A DNA stretch of 48,224 nucleotides from Candidatus Saccharimonadales bacterium (GTDB taxonomy: Bacteria > Patescibacteriota > Microgenomatia > Curtissbacterales > GWA2-41-24). A program made the translations under genes and the position numbers. The stretch covers positions 1 to 48,224 of the forward strand of contig DATIHT010000015.1 in the NCBI GenBank assembly GCA_035480415.1, written 5' to 3'. The notes beneath the pieces are model-generated. The model was not told the DNA's origin. It ran no database searches and saw nothing but the letters and a program-made list of their open reading frames with translations. Shown here in pieces: positions 26,242 through 35,161 of the stretch; within the stretch, counting starts at the first letter, position 1, and every line of letters starts with the position of its first letter.

Positions 26242-27462
26242 TTACTTTTTTTCCTGTGCTTTCCAAATCCAGAGTATATTTACAAAGTAATTCACAAATA
26301 GACCGATGAACACTCCGACTGCTAGTCCGATTTGTTCATGCAGGCGAAGAACGTTTGCAAAAACACTGATGGTAACAATTTGGATTATCGGACTTGCTAT
26401 TGAACTTAGATTAAACTTAAAAAGTCTTGTCAGTATTAACCCCGTGTGAGACCTATCTTTAAATGTCCAATTTTCGTGCAGGAAGAAATTGTAAATTATT
26501 GCTACCTCGATTGCGATGATTGATGCTACAAAAAGTCTGTCCAAACTAATAAATGCGATTGTATTTGTGCCAGTTTCAGAAATGGCAGACAGCAGAGGCT
26601 TTGAAAAAATCCGTATAGGGATTTTAGATAAAAATGGTATTACGTAAGCTTCTCCCCGATAAAGAAGACCCAGGATAGTTGCGCTTAGGAAATAACTTGT
26701 AGTTCCAACTATCAAAAATTTGATAATGGTTTTGGATTTTTCCAGCCTTACTTTTAAGCCAAATATTAAAACGTCTAGTGTATATGAAACTATTTTAGCC
26801 TTAGAATAGCCATTTTTTCTGTCTGTGAAAGTTATTGGAATTTCTTTAATTTTTGCACCGGCTTTTATTGCAGCATAGAGAAACGCCGGTTGAATAATAT
26901 AGGTTTTTGACTTCCACGGAATTTTTGTAAAGTCTATTTTTTCAAAAAGTTTTTTTGTGAATACCCTGTATGAGTTGGTAAACTCGGAAAGTTTAAACGT
27001 GCCCCATGTTAACTTACAATAAAGAGCTGAACCTCTGGTAAAAAGCCTCCTGTGCCAGCCAAGAAGATTATGTCCACCCTTTGCTAGTCTTGAACCGTTT
27101 ACTAAGTCGTAACCTTCGTTAATTGCTTTTAACATTTGCGGCAGAGTCGAAGGATCGTGGGATAAATCCGCATCCATCTGGGCAAGTACATCTGCTTTTA
27201 ATTTATCTATCGCGTATCTATGACCCTTAACAAGACCTATGCCAAGCCCTCTTTCTTTAACATCGATATAATGAACTTTTGGATTAGTCTTCGTTATTTT
27301 TTTTACAACATCACCTGTACCGTCGGGAGAATGGCTATCTGATATTAGAACGTGTAAATCAGTGCCTTGAGGAAAATTTTTGCCTTCTGATAGGATTTTT
27401 TTGATAATTTCTTCTACATTATCCTTTTCGTTGTAAGTAGGAACAATAACTACCAGCCTCAT
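26242..27462 (-). CDS. Polyprenyl-phosphate mannose/hexose synthase (Dpm1-like GT2) fused to a C-terminal GtrA-like membrane domain
   Basis: [15 protein letters not shown]...[11 protein letters not shown]...[10 protein letters not shown] forms the N-terminal half. The C-terminal 4-TM half carries [11 protein letters not shown] (GtrA-family motif). ATGA overlap with gmd. Confidence 0.75.
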   Translation of the reverse strand: MRLVVIVPTYNEKDNVEEIIKKILSEGKNFPQGTDLHVLISDSHSPDGTGDVVKKITKTNPKVHYIDVKERGLGIGLVKGHRYAIDKLKADVLAQMDADLSHDPSTLPQMLKAINEGYDLVNGSRLAKGGHNLLGWHRRLFTRGSALYCKLTWGTFKLSEFTNSYRVFTKKLFEKIDFTKIPWKSKTYIIQPAFLYAAIKAGAKIKEIPITFTDRKNGYSKAKIVSYTLDVLIFGLKVRLEKSKTIIKFLIVGTTSYFLSATILGLLYRGEAYVIPFLSKIPIRIFSKPLLSAISETGTNTIAFISLDRLFVASIIAIEVAIIYNFFLHENWTFKDRSHTGLILTRLFKFNLSSIASPIIQIVTISVFANVLRLHEQIGLAVGVFIGLFVNYFVNILWIWKAQEKK

Positions 27463-28436
27463 CTTGAACTATTTTTTAGGAGTTGGATATCCGAATCAAC
27501 CATCATTTTAACAAGCTCTTTAAAGCTTACTTTAGGCTTCCAGCCGAGAACTTTTTTTGCTTTTCTGGCATCACCGATTAAAAAATCAACTTCTGCAGGC
27601 CTTTCAAACTCGTGTGATGTCTTTACATATTTTTTCCATTCTTCAATACCAATGACACTAAAGGCCTCGTTTACAAATTCTCTAACTGAATGGTTTTCTC
27701 CCGTTGCTATCAAGTAGTCGTCTGGTTTATCCTGCTGAAGCATCATCCACATTGCTTCTGTATAATCTCCGGCAAAACCCCAGTCTCTTTTTGCCTCTAA
27801 ATTACCAAGGGTAAAATTATCTATGAGTCCTAACTTGATTTTTGCTACATTGTGGGAGATCTTTCTTGTTACAAACTCCAGTCCTCTTCTTGGAGATTCG
27901 TGATTAAAAAGAATACCTGATACAGCAAAAAGATCGTAAGATTCTCTGTAATTTATAGTAATCCAATGCCCATAAACTTTAGCGACACCGTATGGGCTCC
28001 TTGGATGAAATGGCGTTGTTTCAACCTGGGGAGTTTCAACTACCTTGCCGAACATTTCTGAAGATGATGCCTGATAAAACTTTGCTTTTGGCATTACCTG
28101 CCGCATCGCCTCTAGCATTCTGGTTGCTCCCAGTGCTGTAAACTCTCCGGTTAGAACCGGCTGTGACCATGATGTTGCGACAAAGCTTTGTGCAGCAAGA
28201 TTGTAAATTTCGTCTGGCTGGGCATAAGTCATTGCGGTAGTTAAAGATTGTTGATCCAGCAAGTCGCCGGGGATTAGCTCTATTTGGTCCTGGATATGTT
28301 TTATTCTTTCGTAATTTGGGGTCGAGGTTCTTCTTGTTAGGCCAAATACTTTGTAATTTTTGGAGAGTAAAAATTCTGACAGGTATGATCCGTCTTGTCC
28401 TGTTATTCCCGTTATTAGTGCCCGTTTTTGTGCCAT
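27459..28436 (-). CDS. gmd: GDP-mannose 4,6-dehydratase
   Basis: [38 protein letters not shown] and [10 protein letters not shown] are classic Gmd motifs. Confidence 0.9.
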   Translation of the reverse strand: MAQKRALITGITGQDGSYLSEFLLSKNYKVFGLTRRTSTPNYERIKHIQDQIELIPGDLLDQQSLTTAMTYAQPDEIYNLAAQSFVATSWSQPVLTGEFTALGATRMLEAMRQVMPKAKFYQASSSEMFGKVVETPQVETTPFHPRSPYGVAKVYGHWITINYRESYDLFAVSGILFNHESPRRGLEFVTRKISHNVAKIKLGLIDNFTLGNLEAKRDWGFAGDYTEAMWMMLQQDKPDDYLIATGENHSVREFVNEAFSVIGIEEWKKYVKTSHEFERPAEVDFLIGDARKAKKVLGWKPKVSFKELVKMMVDSDIQLLKNSSR

Positions 28437-28449
28437 TTGTTAAATTATA

Positions 28450-29406
28450 TTATTTCTGCAATTTTTTTCGCTCGTATTCAATTGTATCAGAAAGTGTAAC
28501 TTCCAGAGGTATTGAAGGTTGCCAGCCTGTTTTCTTTTGAAACTTTGAAAAGTCACACGAAATTTTTTTAATATCTACAGGTCTTAGAAGGCTTTTATCG
28601 ATCTCAACTTTTATTTTAACCTTTGAATGCGACAAAAGTTTATCCAATACATCTTTTATTCTGACGCTTTTTCCAGAACCTAAATTATATACTTCACCAA
28701 ACTCACCTTTGTCGAGGGCGAGCAAGTAAGCTTTTACTATATCTCTAACGTCTGTGAAATCACGATATGTTTCCAGATTTCCTACTTTCAAGGTTCCTCC
28801 ACCATTTTTCTCGAGTTGTGCTATTTGAGATGCAAACGCCGGAACAACAAAAACCGGTGCCTGGGCAGGACCAATGTGATTGAACGGTCTTACTCTGACA
28901 ATTTTCATTTTTTTGTGGAGAAAAAATTGAAGTCCGAGCATATCCTGGGTTACTTTTGAAACGGCATAAGGTGAGTTAGGTGCAAGGGGTGTTTCTTCGC
29001 CAACGGGCAAATACTTCTCGTCAATGTTCCCATACTCGTCTGCGGAACCAACTACTAATATCCTTGCGTCGATATCGTTTTTTGCAATTGATTCGAGGAT
29101 GCTCAACTGGCAGAGGATATTGTTTTGAAGGGTAGATGCAGGGTCTATAAAACTCTGAGCAGGTGATGAAAAAGCCGCTAGATGAAAAACGTAATCCGGC
29201 TTTATTTTTTTTATTTCGCTCTCTACTTTTTTTGCGTCTAAAACATCGCAAGCCACCAGGTTAATTCTGTCTTTTATAGAATCGAGGTTATCTGTAGGAT
29301 GATCGGGATGATAAAACCCGTAAATATCAATGTTTTTCTCAAGAAGGTATTTTGTTAAGTGGGAACCTGCAAAACCAGCAATACCTGTAATGAGTGCCTT
29401 TTTCAT
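28450..29406 (-). CDS. GDP-4-keto-6-deoxy-D-mannose reductase-like SDR (Rmd-like; GDP-D-rhamnose branch)
   Basis: ALITGIAGFAGSHL, SPYAVSK, FNHIGPAQ and KVGNLETYRDFTDVRDIV resemble Rmd-type reductases as I remember them. Immediately downstream of gmd. Confidence 0.55.
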   Translation of the reverse strand: MKKALITGIAGFAGSHLTKYLLEKNIDIYGFYHPDHPTDNLDSIKDRINLVACDVLDAKKVESEIKKIKPDYVFHLAAFSSPAQSFIDPASTLQNNILCQLSILESIAKNDIDARILVVGSADEYGNIDEKYLPVGEETPLAPNSPYAVSKVTQDMLGLQFFLHKKMKIVRVRPFNHIGPAQAPVFVVPAFASQIAQLEKNGGGTLKVGNLETYRDFTDVRDIVKAYLLALDKGEFGEVYNLGSGKSVRIKDVLDKLLSHSKVKIKVEIDKSLLRPVDIKKISCDFSKFQKKTGWQPSIPLEVTLSDTIEYERKKLQK

Positions 29407-30707
29407 CTTCCAACACCAAAGTATTTGAAACCAAGGTCGATGGCTTTTTGTTTATCAAGAGCGTTCCTGCCGTCGATAATGATTGGATTTTTAAGAAGTT
29501 TCTTTACGGTTTGGAGGTCTAAGTTTTTAAACTGTGGCCACTCAGTTATCAAAATCAAAGCATCTTTATCTTTTAGGGTTGTTTCGACGTCTTTGCCAAA
29601 TTCTATTCCTTTAATTACTTTATTTGCGCTTTCCATGGCTTCGGGATCATAGGCTGTTACTTCTGCTCCCAACTCCAATAGATGGCTTATGATCCTGACA
29701 GAAGGAGCATCCCTCATATCATCAGTGTTTGGTTTGAACGCGAGTCCAAGAATGGCAAGTTTCTTGCCTTTTAAGCTTTTACCATCCTGTTCCCTACCAT
29801 CCAGGGCTGTTCTTATTTTATTAACAAATCTTTCCGACTGAGATTTATTTATGGCGTCAACTGAACTTAAGAGATCGAAAGAATAATCAAAATGAGTTGC
29901 GATGGAGATAAACGCTGTTACGTCTTTGGGGAGACAGGATCCTCCGTATCCAACTCCTGGATAAAGAAATGACCTACCAATTCTTTTGTCCGCGCCAACT
30001 CCCGCCATTACTTTTTCGACATCAGCACCCATTTGTTCGCACAGTATGCTGACCGCGTTGGCAAAAGAAATTTTGGTGGCGAGAATAGAATTGGCACAAT
30101 ATTTAATCATTTGAGCACTTCTCATATCACAAATTATTCGCTCTCCTGGCATTGGGGCATGCAGTTCAAGAAGCATTTTTTGTGCCTTTTTACTATTTGT
30201 TCCGATAACTATTCTGTCAGGATGAAGCGTGTCTTCAATTGCGGTTCCTTCTCTCAAAAATTCCGGACACGATGCGAATTCAAATGTTGACTTGGCATGT
30301 TTTTTGGCAAGTTGTTCGAGATCGTCTTCAAATCCTATTGGAATTGTGCTTTTGATTGCAAGAAGAGTGTATTTTGATATATTCTTGGCGGCTTCTTCTA
30401 CTGCTGAGAAAAGATAGGTAAGATCTGCTTCACCTGTTGGCTTTGGTGGAGTACCGACGCAAATTAAAACTATTTGGGATTTTGGTACTGATTCTTTGTA
30501 ACTAGTGGTAAAGAAAAGTCGTTTTTGTTTTTGGTTTCTTTGAATGTAATCAGAGAGAGACGGTTCAAAAAAAGGTATTTTGCCTTTTTTTAAATCTTCA
30601 ATTTTTTCTGGAATGACATCTACACAGTAGACTTTGTTTCCGAGTTCACTGAAAACTGCTGCTGTTACTAATCCTACGTATCCTGCTCCTATTATGGTTA
30701 TTTTCAT
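29403..30707 (-). CDS. ugd: UDP-glucose 6-dehydrogenase
   Basis: MKITIIGAGYVGLVTAAVFSELGN and the catalytic GGSCLPKD. 434 aa. Confidence 0.85.
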   Translation of the reverse strand: MKITIIGAGYVGLVTAAVFSELGNKVYCVDVIPEKIEDLKKGKIPFFEPSLSDYIQRNQKQKRLFFTTSYKESVPKSQIVLICVGTPPKPTGEADLTYLFSAVEEAAKNISKYTLLAIKSTIPIGFEDDLEQLAKKHAKSTFEFASCPEFLREGTAIEDTLHPDRIVIGTNSKKAQKMLLELHAPMPGERIICDMRSAQMIKYCANSILATKISFANAVSILCEQMGADVEKVMAGVGADKRIGRSFLYPGVGYGGSCLPKDVTAFISIATHFDYSFDLLSSVDAINKSQSERFVNKIRTALDGREQDGKSLKGKKLAILGLAFKPNTDDMRDAPSVRIISHLLELGAEVTAYDPEAMESANKVIKGIEFGKDVETTLKDKDALILITEWPQFKNLDLQTVKKLLKNPIIIDGRNALDKQKAIDLGFKYFGVGR

Positions 30708-30719
30708 AATCTAACAATT

Positions 30720-31619
30720 TTAGCCAAAAGTGTTAACTTTTTCTATGCCTTGCTCCCAATTCGTAACCAAAACTCCTTCTGATTCTATTTTTTCAACATT
30801 TAAGCCGCCATTTAACGGTCTTGGGGTTGACCCTTCCTGGGCGAGAGCTTCTTTTAAACTTCCTCTTTCCAGCTCTACTGATTTCCCGGTGTAGTGTGTT
30901 AATAATTTTTTGGCAAAATCATATTGGGTTGTAGTTTGGGCACTTGCTAGGTGATATATACCGGCTTTGTTTTTGTTTATAAGTACTTGCAATGCGGGTT
31001 CGATGTCTGCAATAAAAGTTGGGGTGATCACTTGATCATCATACATTGGATATAACTTACCTTCCTTTTTAAAGTAATGAAGAGTCCTAAGAACTAGGTC
31101 TTCTTTTCCTGTGTCCACACCACTGTATGGATAAGATATCCTGATGATTAGATAACTGTCTGTTTCTAGATTTTCCTGGATTATTTTTTCTGCTTCAATT
31201 TTTGTTATCCCGTACCAGGAAACTTTGTCCATGTCCGGTCCTACCGGATCGTCTTCTTTGTAAGGCCCGCTGGTCCCGTCATAGACAAAATCTGTTGAGA
31301 AAAAGACTAATTTTTTGTGATATTTCTTGCAAGCGTTCACTGTGTGCTTTACCCCTTCAACATTGATTTTCCAACAAATTCCTTCTTTTTCGCCTCTCTG
31401 TTTTTCTGCACCATTAACATCTGTATAGGCAGAAAAAAGGACTGCATGGGTAAAATCTTTAGTTTTGAAAAACTCGTCTACCGATTGTTCGTTTGTTAAG
31501 TCGATTGGGTTTTCACCGCTTAGGTCGGCTTTGATCAATTCAACATCTTTTTCACCTTCAAACTGTTCAATTGCCTGTTGGGCAATCATTGAACTTGCAC
31601 CTATTATTGCGAGTTTCAT
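30720..31619 (-). CDS. RmlD-family SDR reductase (dTDP-4-dehydrorhamnose reductase-like)
   Basis: Start taken at ATG 31619 (MKLAIIGASS...), 1 nt after the rfbB stop. YGITKIEAE contains the catalytic YxxxK. C-terminal RPLNGGLNVEKI is RmlD-like. The N-terminal glycine motif is atypical. Confidence 0.55.
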   Translation of the reverse strand: MKLAIIGASSMIAQQAIEQFEGEKDVELIKADLSGENPIDLTNEQSVDEFFKTKDFTHAVLFSAYTDVNGAEKQRGEKEGICWKINVEGVKHTVNACKKYHKKLVFFSTDFVYDGTSGPYKEDDPVGPDMDKVSWYGITKIEAEKIIQENLETDSYLIIRISYPYSGVDTGKEDLVLRTLHYFKKEGKLYPMYDDQVITPTFIADIEPALQVLINKNKAGIYHLASAQTTTQYDFAKKLLTHYTGKSVELERGSLKEALAQEGSTPRPLNGGLNVEKIESEGVLVTNWEQGIEKVNTFG

Positions 31620-31620
31620 T

Positions 31621-32634
31621 TTATTTTTGTTTATATTGTTTTTTGTAATATTTATCAAAATCGTTATTTTTTAATTTCTTCCACCAGTCTGTATTTTGTT
31701 TGTACCAGTTAACAGTTTCTTCGAGTCCGCTATCCAAATTGTATTTTTCCCTCCAGCCAAGTTCATTTTTTATCTTGCTTGCATTAATTGCATAGCGCCT
31801 ATCGTGTGCGGGTCTGTCATCGACGTACTGGATCATATCTTCCGACATTCCAAGTAGCTTAAGAATTTTTTTAATTACTTCTATATTAGGTATGGCACTA
31901 TCAACTCCCACACAATATGTTTCTCCTACCTTGCCTTTTTCGAGTACTAACTCAATTGCGCTTGAATGGTCGTCTACATATAACCAATCTCTCGTGTGGC
32001 GGCCATCTCCGTATACGGGAACTTTTTTACCTTCAAGTAGGTTTGTTATTGCCAGAGAAATCAATTTTTCAGGATACTGATACGGGCCAAAATTATTGGA
32101 ACAGTTAGTAATTGTTATTGGCAGGCCATAGGTTTTGGCGTACGCTCTTACCAAATGGTCTGATGATGCTTTTGATGCAGCATATGGGCTGGTCGGTTCA
32201 TACTTTGTATCCTCGTTAAAAACCTCTTGTGAATCTAGGGGTAGGGCTCCAAATACTTCATCTGTTGAGATGTGGTGAAATCTTTTTACTTTTGCCTTAA
32301 GAGCAGCATCAAGCAGTACCTGTGTGCCAAGAACGTTTGTTGTCACAAATGGTGCCGGATCAAGAATGGATCTATCAACGTGTGATTCTGCTGCAAAATT
32401 AACAACTACATCGACCCCCCCTAGTGCTTTTCCAATTGCCTTCGGATTACCTATATCGCCTTTTATAAATTTGTAGTTGGGGTTTCCTTCCACGTCTTTC
32501 AGACTTTCAAGATTACCAGCGTAAGTAAGCTTATCAAAGTTAATTACTTTATCTTCTGGGTGATTTTTAAGCCAATAATGAATAAAATTGGAGCCGATAA
32601 ATCCGGCGCCGCCTGTTATTAGTATGTTACTCAT
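31621..32634 (-). CDS. rfbB: dTDP-glucose 4,6-dehydratase
   Basis: ILITGGAGFIGSNFIHYWL...VINFDKLTYAGNLESL...STDEVFG...SPYAASKASSDHLV are classic RmlB motifs. Confidence 0.9.
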   Translation of the reverse strand: MSNILITGGAGFIGSNFIHYWLKNHPEDKVINFDKLTYAGNLESLKDVEGNPNYKFIKGDIGNPKAIGKALGGVDVVVNFAAESHVDRSILDPAPFVTTNVLGTQVLLDAALKAKVKRFHHISTDEVFGALPLDSQEVFNEDTKYEPTSPYAASKASSDHLVRAYAKTYGLPITITNCSNNFGPYQYPEKLISLAITNLLEGKKVPVYGDGRHTRDWLYVDDHSSAIELVLEKGKVGETYCVGVDSAIPNIEVIKKILKLLGMSEDMIQYVDDRPAHDRRYAINASKIKNELGWREKYNLDSGLEETVNWYKQNTDWWKKLKNNDFDKYYKKQYKQK

Positions 32635-32775
32635 GAATTGTTTGACTTTTGATTAAATGTATCATATTTTAGCTACTCCGTTTTGCGCTTCTTTCGCTTT
32701 TTATAGGCATTTTGAAAAAGCCCATAAAGGCTACAGAAGTTAAAATCCGGCTCCGCCTGTTACAAGAAGCTGCAT
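32627..32775 (-). promoter_or_regulatory. Conserved leader element, copy B: mini-ORF MQLLVTGGAGF-stop, hairpin, GGAG, and a second uORF overlapping the rfbB start
   Basis: Mini-ORF 32775->32740 starts 1 nt after the rfbA stop. Hairpin 32739->32688. GGAG 32679-32676. uORF2 (MIHLIKSQTIHE, 32665->32627) begins 10 nt after the GGAG and ends in ATGAGTAA across the rfbB ATG. Confidence 0.6.
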
Positions 32776-32776
32776 G

Positions 32777-33532
32777 TTAAAAAGTGGTGAGTTCCTTTTC
32801 CTCTTTATCTCCCAGGTTTTTCTTTGCCCAGTAAGCACCTGTTTTATAAAGACTATCAAATGTTCCTGCGTCGTTCCAGAATCCTGTGAGCTTTGACCAT
32901 CTTAGGGATCCTTCCTTTATATATATATTGTTTACGTCTGTTATTTCCAGCTGTCCTCTTTCTGAAGGTTCTATTTGGCTTATGTGATGAAAAACTTCTG
33001 CATCGTAGATATAAAGCCCGGTTACTGCCAATTTGCTTTTGGGGTTTTTTGGCTTTTCGATTATTTGTTTTACTTTCGTTTTATCATTCGGATCAAGTTC
33101 GGCCACACCAAAACGTGATGGATCCGGTACTTCTCTTAAGAAGAGCATCGCACCATCTTTGAATTGCTCTACTTCTTTTGAGATATCAGCATCCGTACAG
33201 TTGTCGCCAAGAATTGCTGTAATTGGTTCGTGGTCCGCAAAATCTTGCGCTAGATTTAGTGCGTCTGCAATTCCTCCATCTCCGGAATTTTGATACGCAT
33301 ATTCTAAGTGTTTAATACCAAAATCTTTCCCGTTTTGTAAAACGCGAATAAAGTCACCTGCGTGTGGACCTCCGATAACAACAAGGATTTCGTCGATTCC
33401 AGCATTGACCAATGTTTGGATTGGGTAGTAAATCATTGGTTTATCGAAAATAGGGAGTAAATGCTTATTTGTTGCGTGAGTTAGGGGATAAAGACGAGTA
33501 CCGAGGCCACCTGCTAGAATTACGCCTTTCAT
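32777..33532 (-). CDS. rfbA: Glucose-1-phosphate thymidylyltransferase (short form)
   Basis: MKGVILAGGLGTRLYPLTHATNKHLLPIFDKPMIYYPIQTL is the canonical RmlA N-terminus. An alternative upstream ATG lies at 33550. Confidence 0.8.
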   Translation of the reverse strand: MKGVILAGGLGTRLYPLTHATNKHLLPIFDKPMIYYPIQTLVNAGIDEILVVIGGPHAGDFIRVLQNGKDFGIKHLEYAYQNSGDGGIADALNLAQDFADHEPITAILGDNCTDADISKEVEQFKDGAMLFLREVPDPSRFGVAELDPNDKTKVKQIIEKPKNPKSKLAVTGLYIYDAEVFHHISQIEPSERGQLEITDVNNIYIKEGSLRWSKLTGFWNDAGTFDSLYKTGAYWAKKNLGDKEEKELTTF

Positions 33533-33563
33533 ATACCCAATTATAGTCAATTTATGGGTGAAA

Positions 33564-34154
33564 CTACAACAATTCAGCCGTGATTATAAGCCTGTTGATT
33601 GTTGTACCGGCTGGAGTACAGGTCATAAGAGTTAGCGTTTTTTTATTACCATTACTCTGCAAATAAGATACCTCGCTTGGGCTTACAACCTTTTTGTCTG
33701 TAACTTTGTAGGTATATTTTTGACCCTTATAAAAAAGCTGTATTTCGTCTCCTGTTTCTAATTTGCTGAGTAGATAGAAAATAGAATTATAACGTGTCGC
33801 CTCCCAGAAATTGACCGATGAATGAGAGAATAGGAACGTATTACCCTCTGGAACATCAGGAAGAGCCGTGCCTTTTGCGTGGGCAACGCCCATTGTCAAA
33901 GCGTTTTGGTATTTTGACTCATCATTTGGATCTACATTGGCAATAACTTTTGCATTTGCGCCTATTTTAGGAATTATTATTCCGAAGTTTTCATCTATAG
34001 GTTTAATTTCCTGGTTTATATTATTGCTATTTTTCTCCAGCTGATATTTTGTTTCAATTTTTATTACTGGTAGGAACGTACCTATAAGTACTGCTGCGCC
34101 AAGCAGAACAAAGAATAATCCTGAGATTATTAAAAGGGATGATATTTTTTTCAC
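33564..34154 (-). CDS. Sortase (transpeptidase), N-terminal membrane anchor
   Basis: His (FLFSHS), Cys (TLTLMTCTP) and Arg (INRLII) catalytic triad context. GTG start in a GTGA overlap with the upstream gene. Confidence 0.85.
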   Translation of the reverse strand: MKKISSLLIISGLFFVLLGAAVLIGTFLPVIKIETKYQLEKNSNNINQEIKPIDENFGIIIPKIGANAKVIANVDPNDESKYQNALTMGVAHAKGTALPDVPEGNTFLFSHSSVNFWEATRYNSIFYLLSKLETGDEIQLFYKGQKYTYKVTDKKVVSPSEVSYLQSNGNKKTLTLMTCTPAGTTINRLIITAELL

Positions 34155-35161
34155 ACCTGATCAGGCTTATTGTGAATAACGAAGAAGTATACCCCCATCA
34201 AAATTACCAACACTCCTATGCCAAGACCAATATTGAGTGCCGAGAATAATTTGGTTGGCTTCTCTGGTACACCTGTTTGAGGGGAGGGGCTTGGGCTTGT
34301 GTCTGTCATGCTTGTTGAAGTTGCTTCCACTTGTCCCTCTTCTCCTGTTTTATCTCCAAGTACCGAGCCACTTGATGACTTTACTTGGCTTTGTGTGCTT
34401 GAAATAGGAATCGCGCCCTGATTCGTTTTATTTGTGGACGATGGTGAGTTTGTAGTGTTTGTGGTCGTTGTTGTCGTTGTCGTATTTGTTGTCGTCGTCC
34501 CACTATCCCCAACTGTACTCGAACCGTTTCCAAAAGAATCAAATGCACGTACTACGAAATAATACGATTTGCTACAGTCTGGTGAGGATACGTCTGTCTG
34601 TCCATCGGTATTTGAGGTGATTGATACTGTTGATACTCGGGTGCCTGAGTCTGCACTAAATGAGGTATTTTCACTTCTATAAACTTCCACTTTTACTGTT
34701 TTCCCGCTGTCGTCTGCTGTTTTAAATTTAATTCTGTAGATACAATCTGAAGGCTTTTCTTTGCTGTAGTTTGTAGGCGTTCCTGGTCCGGTTGTATTGT
34801 TAAAGTCTACAGACACTATATTGCTAGTGGTACCATTTGCCATTGCATAGAACTGATATGTTCCAGATGTATTCAGGACGCCTGAATCTACTGAACAGTT
34901 ACCTGTATTTCCACCGGATAGTGCAATTGCTATGTCTGCGCCAAACTGGGTGAAGGCACCGTCTGATGGGCCTTTTTTGAAACATTTTACCGTTACGTTG
35001 TTATTTTGAGTGTCCAGTGTTACAAAATTAATATTAAAAGAGCTTTGATTTGTAGGACTAGCTGGTTGTTCCAGCTGAATGCTTGTTGCTGCGTGTGCTG
35101 CCACTGCAAATGACAACGAAAGGATGGTTGCAATTGTAATTTTTGCTATGTTCTTAAACAT
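34151..35161 (-). CDS. Secreted surface protein: signal peptide, FN3-like domains, poly-Thr/Ser linker and a C-terminal TM tail
   Basis: Signal peptide ...SFAVAAHA/ATS. YYFVVRAFDSFGNGS is an FN3-type C-terminal strand. Linker TTTTNTTTTTTTTNTTN. C-terminus SPQTG-VPEKPTK-hydrophobic-HNKPDQV, a possible degenerate sorting signal. Confidence 0.65.
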   Translation of the reverse strand: MFKNIAKITIATILSLSFAVAAHAATSIQLEQPASPTNQSSFNINFVTLDTQNNNVTVKCFKKGPSDGAFTQFGADIAIALSGGNTGNCSVDSGVLNTSGTYQFYAMANGTTSNIVSVDFNNTTGPGTPTNYSKEKPSDCIYRIKFKTADDSGKTVKVEVYRSENTSFSADSGTRVSTVSITSNTDGQTDVSSPDCSKSYYFVVRAFDSFGNGSSTVGDSGTTTTNTTTTTTTTNTTNSPSSTNKTNQGAIPISSTQSQVKSSSGSVLGDKTGEEGQVEATSTSMTDTSPSPSPQTGVPEKPTKLFSALNIGLGIGVLVILMGVYFFVIHNKPDQV

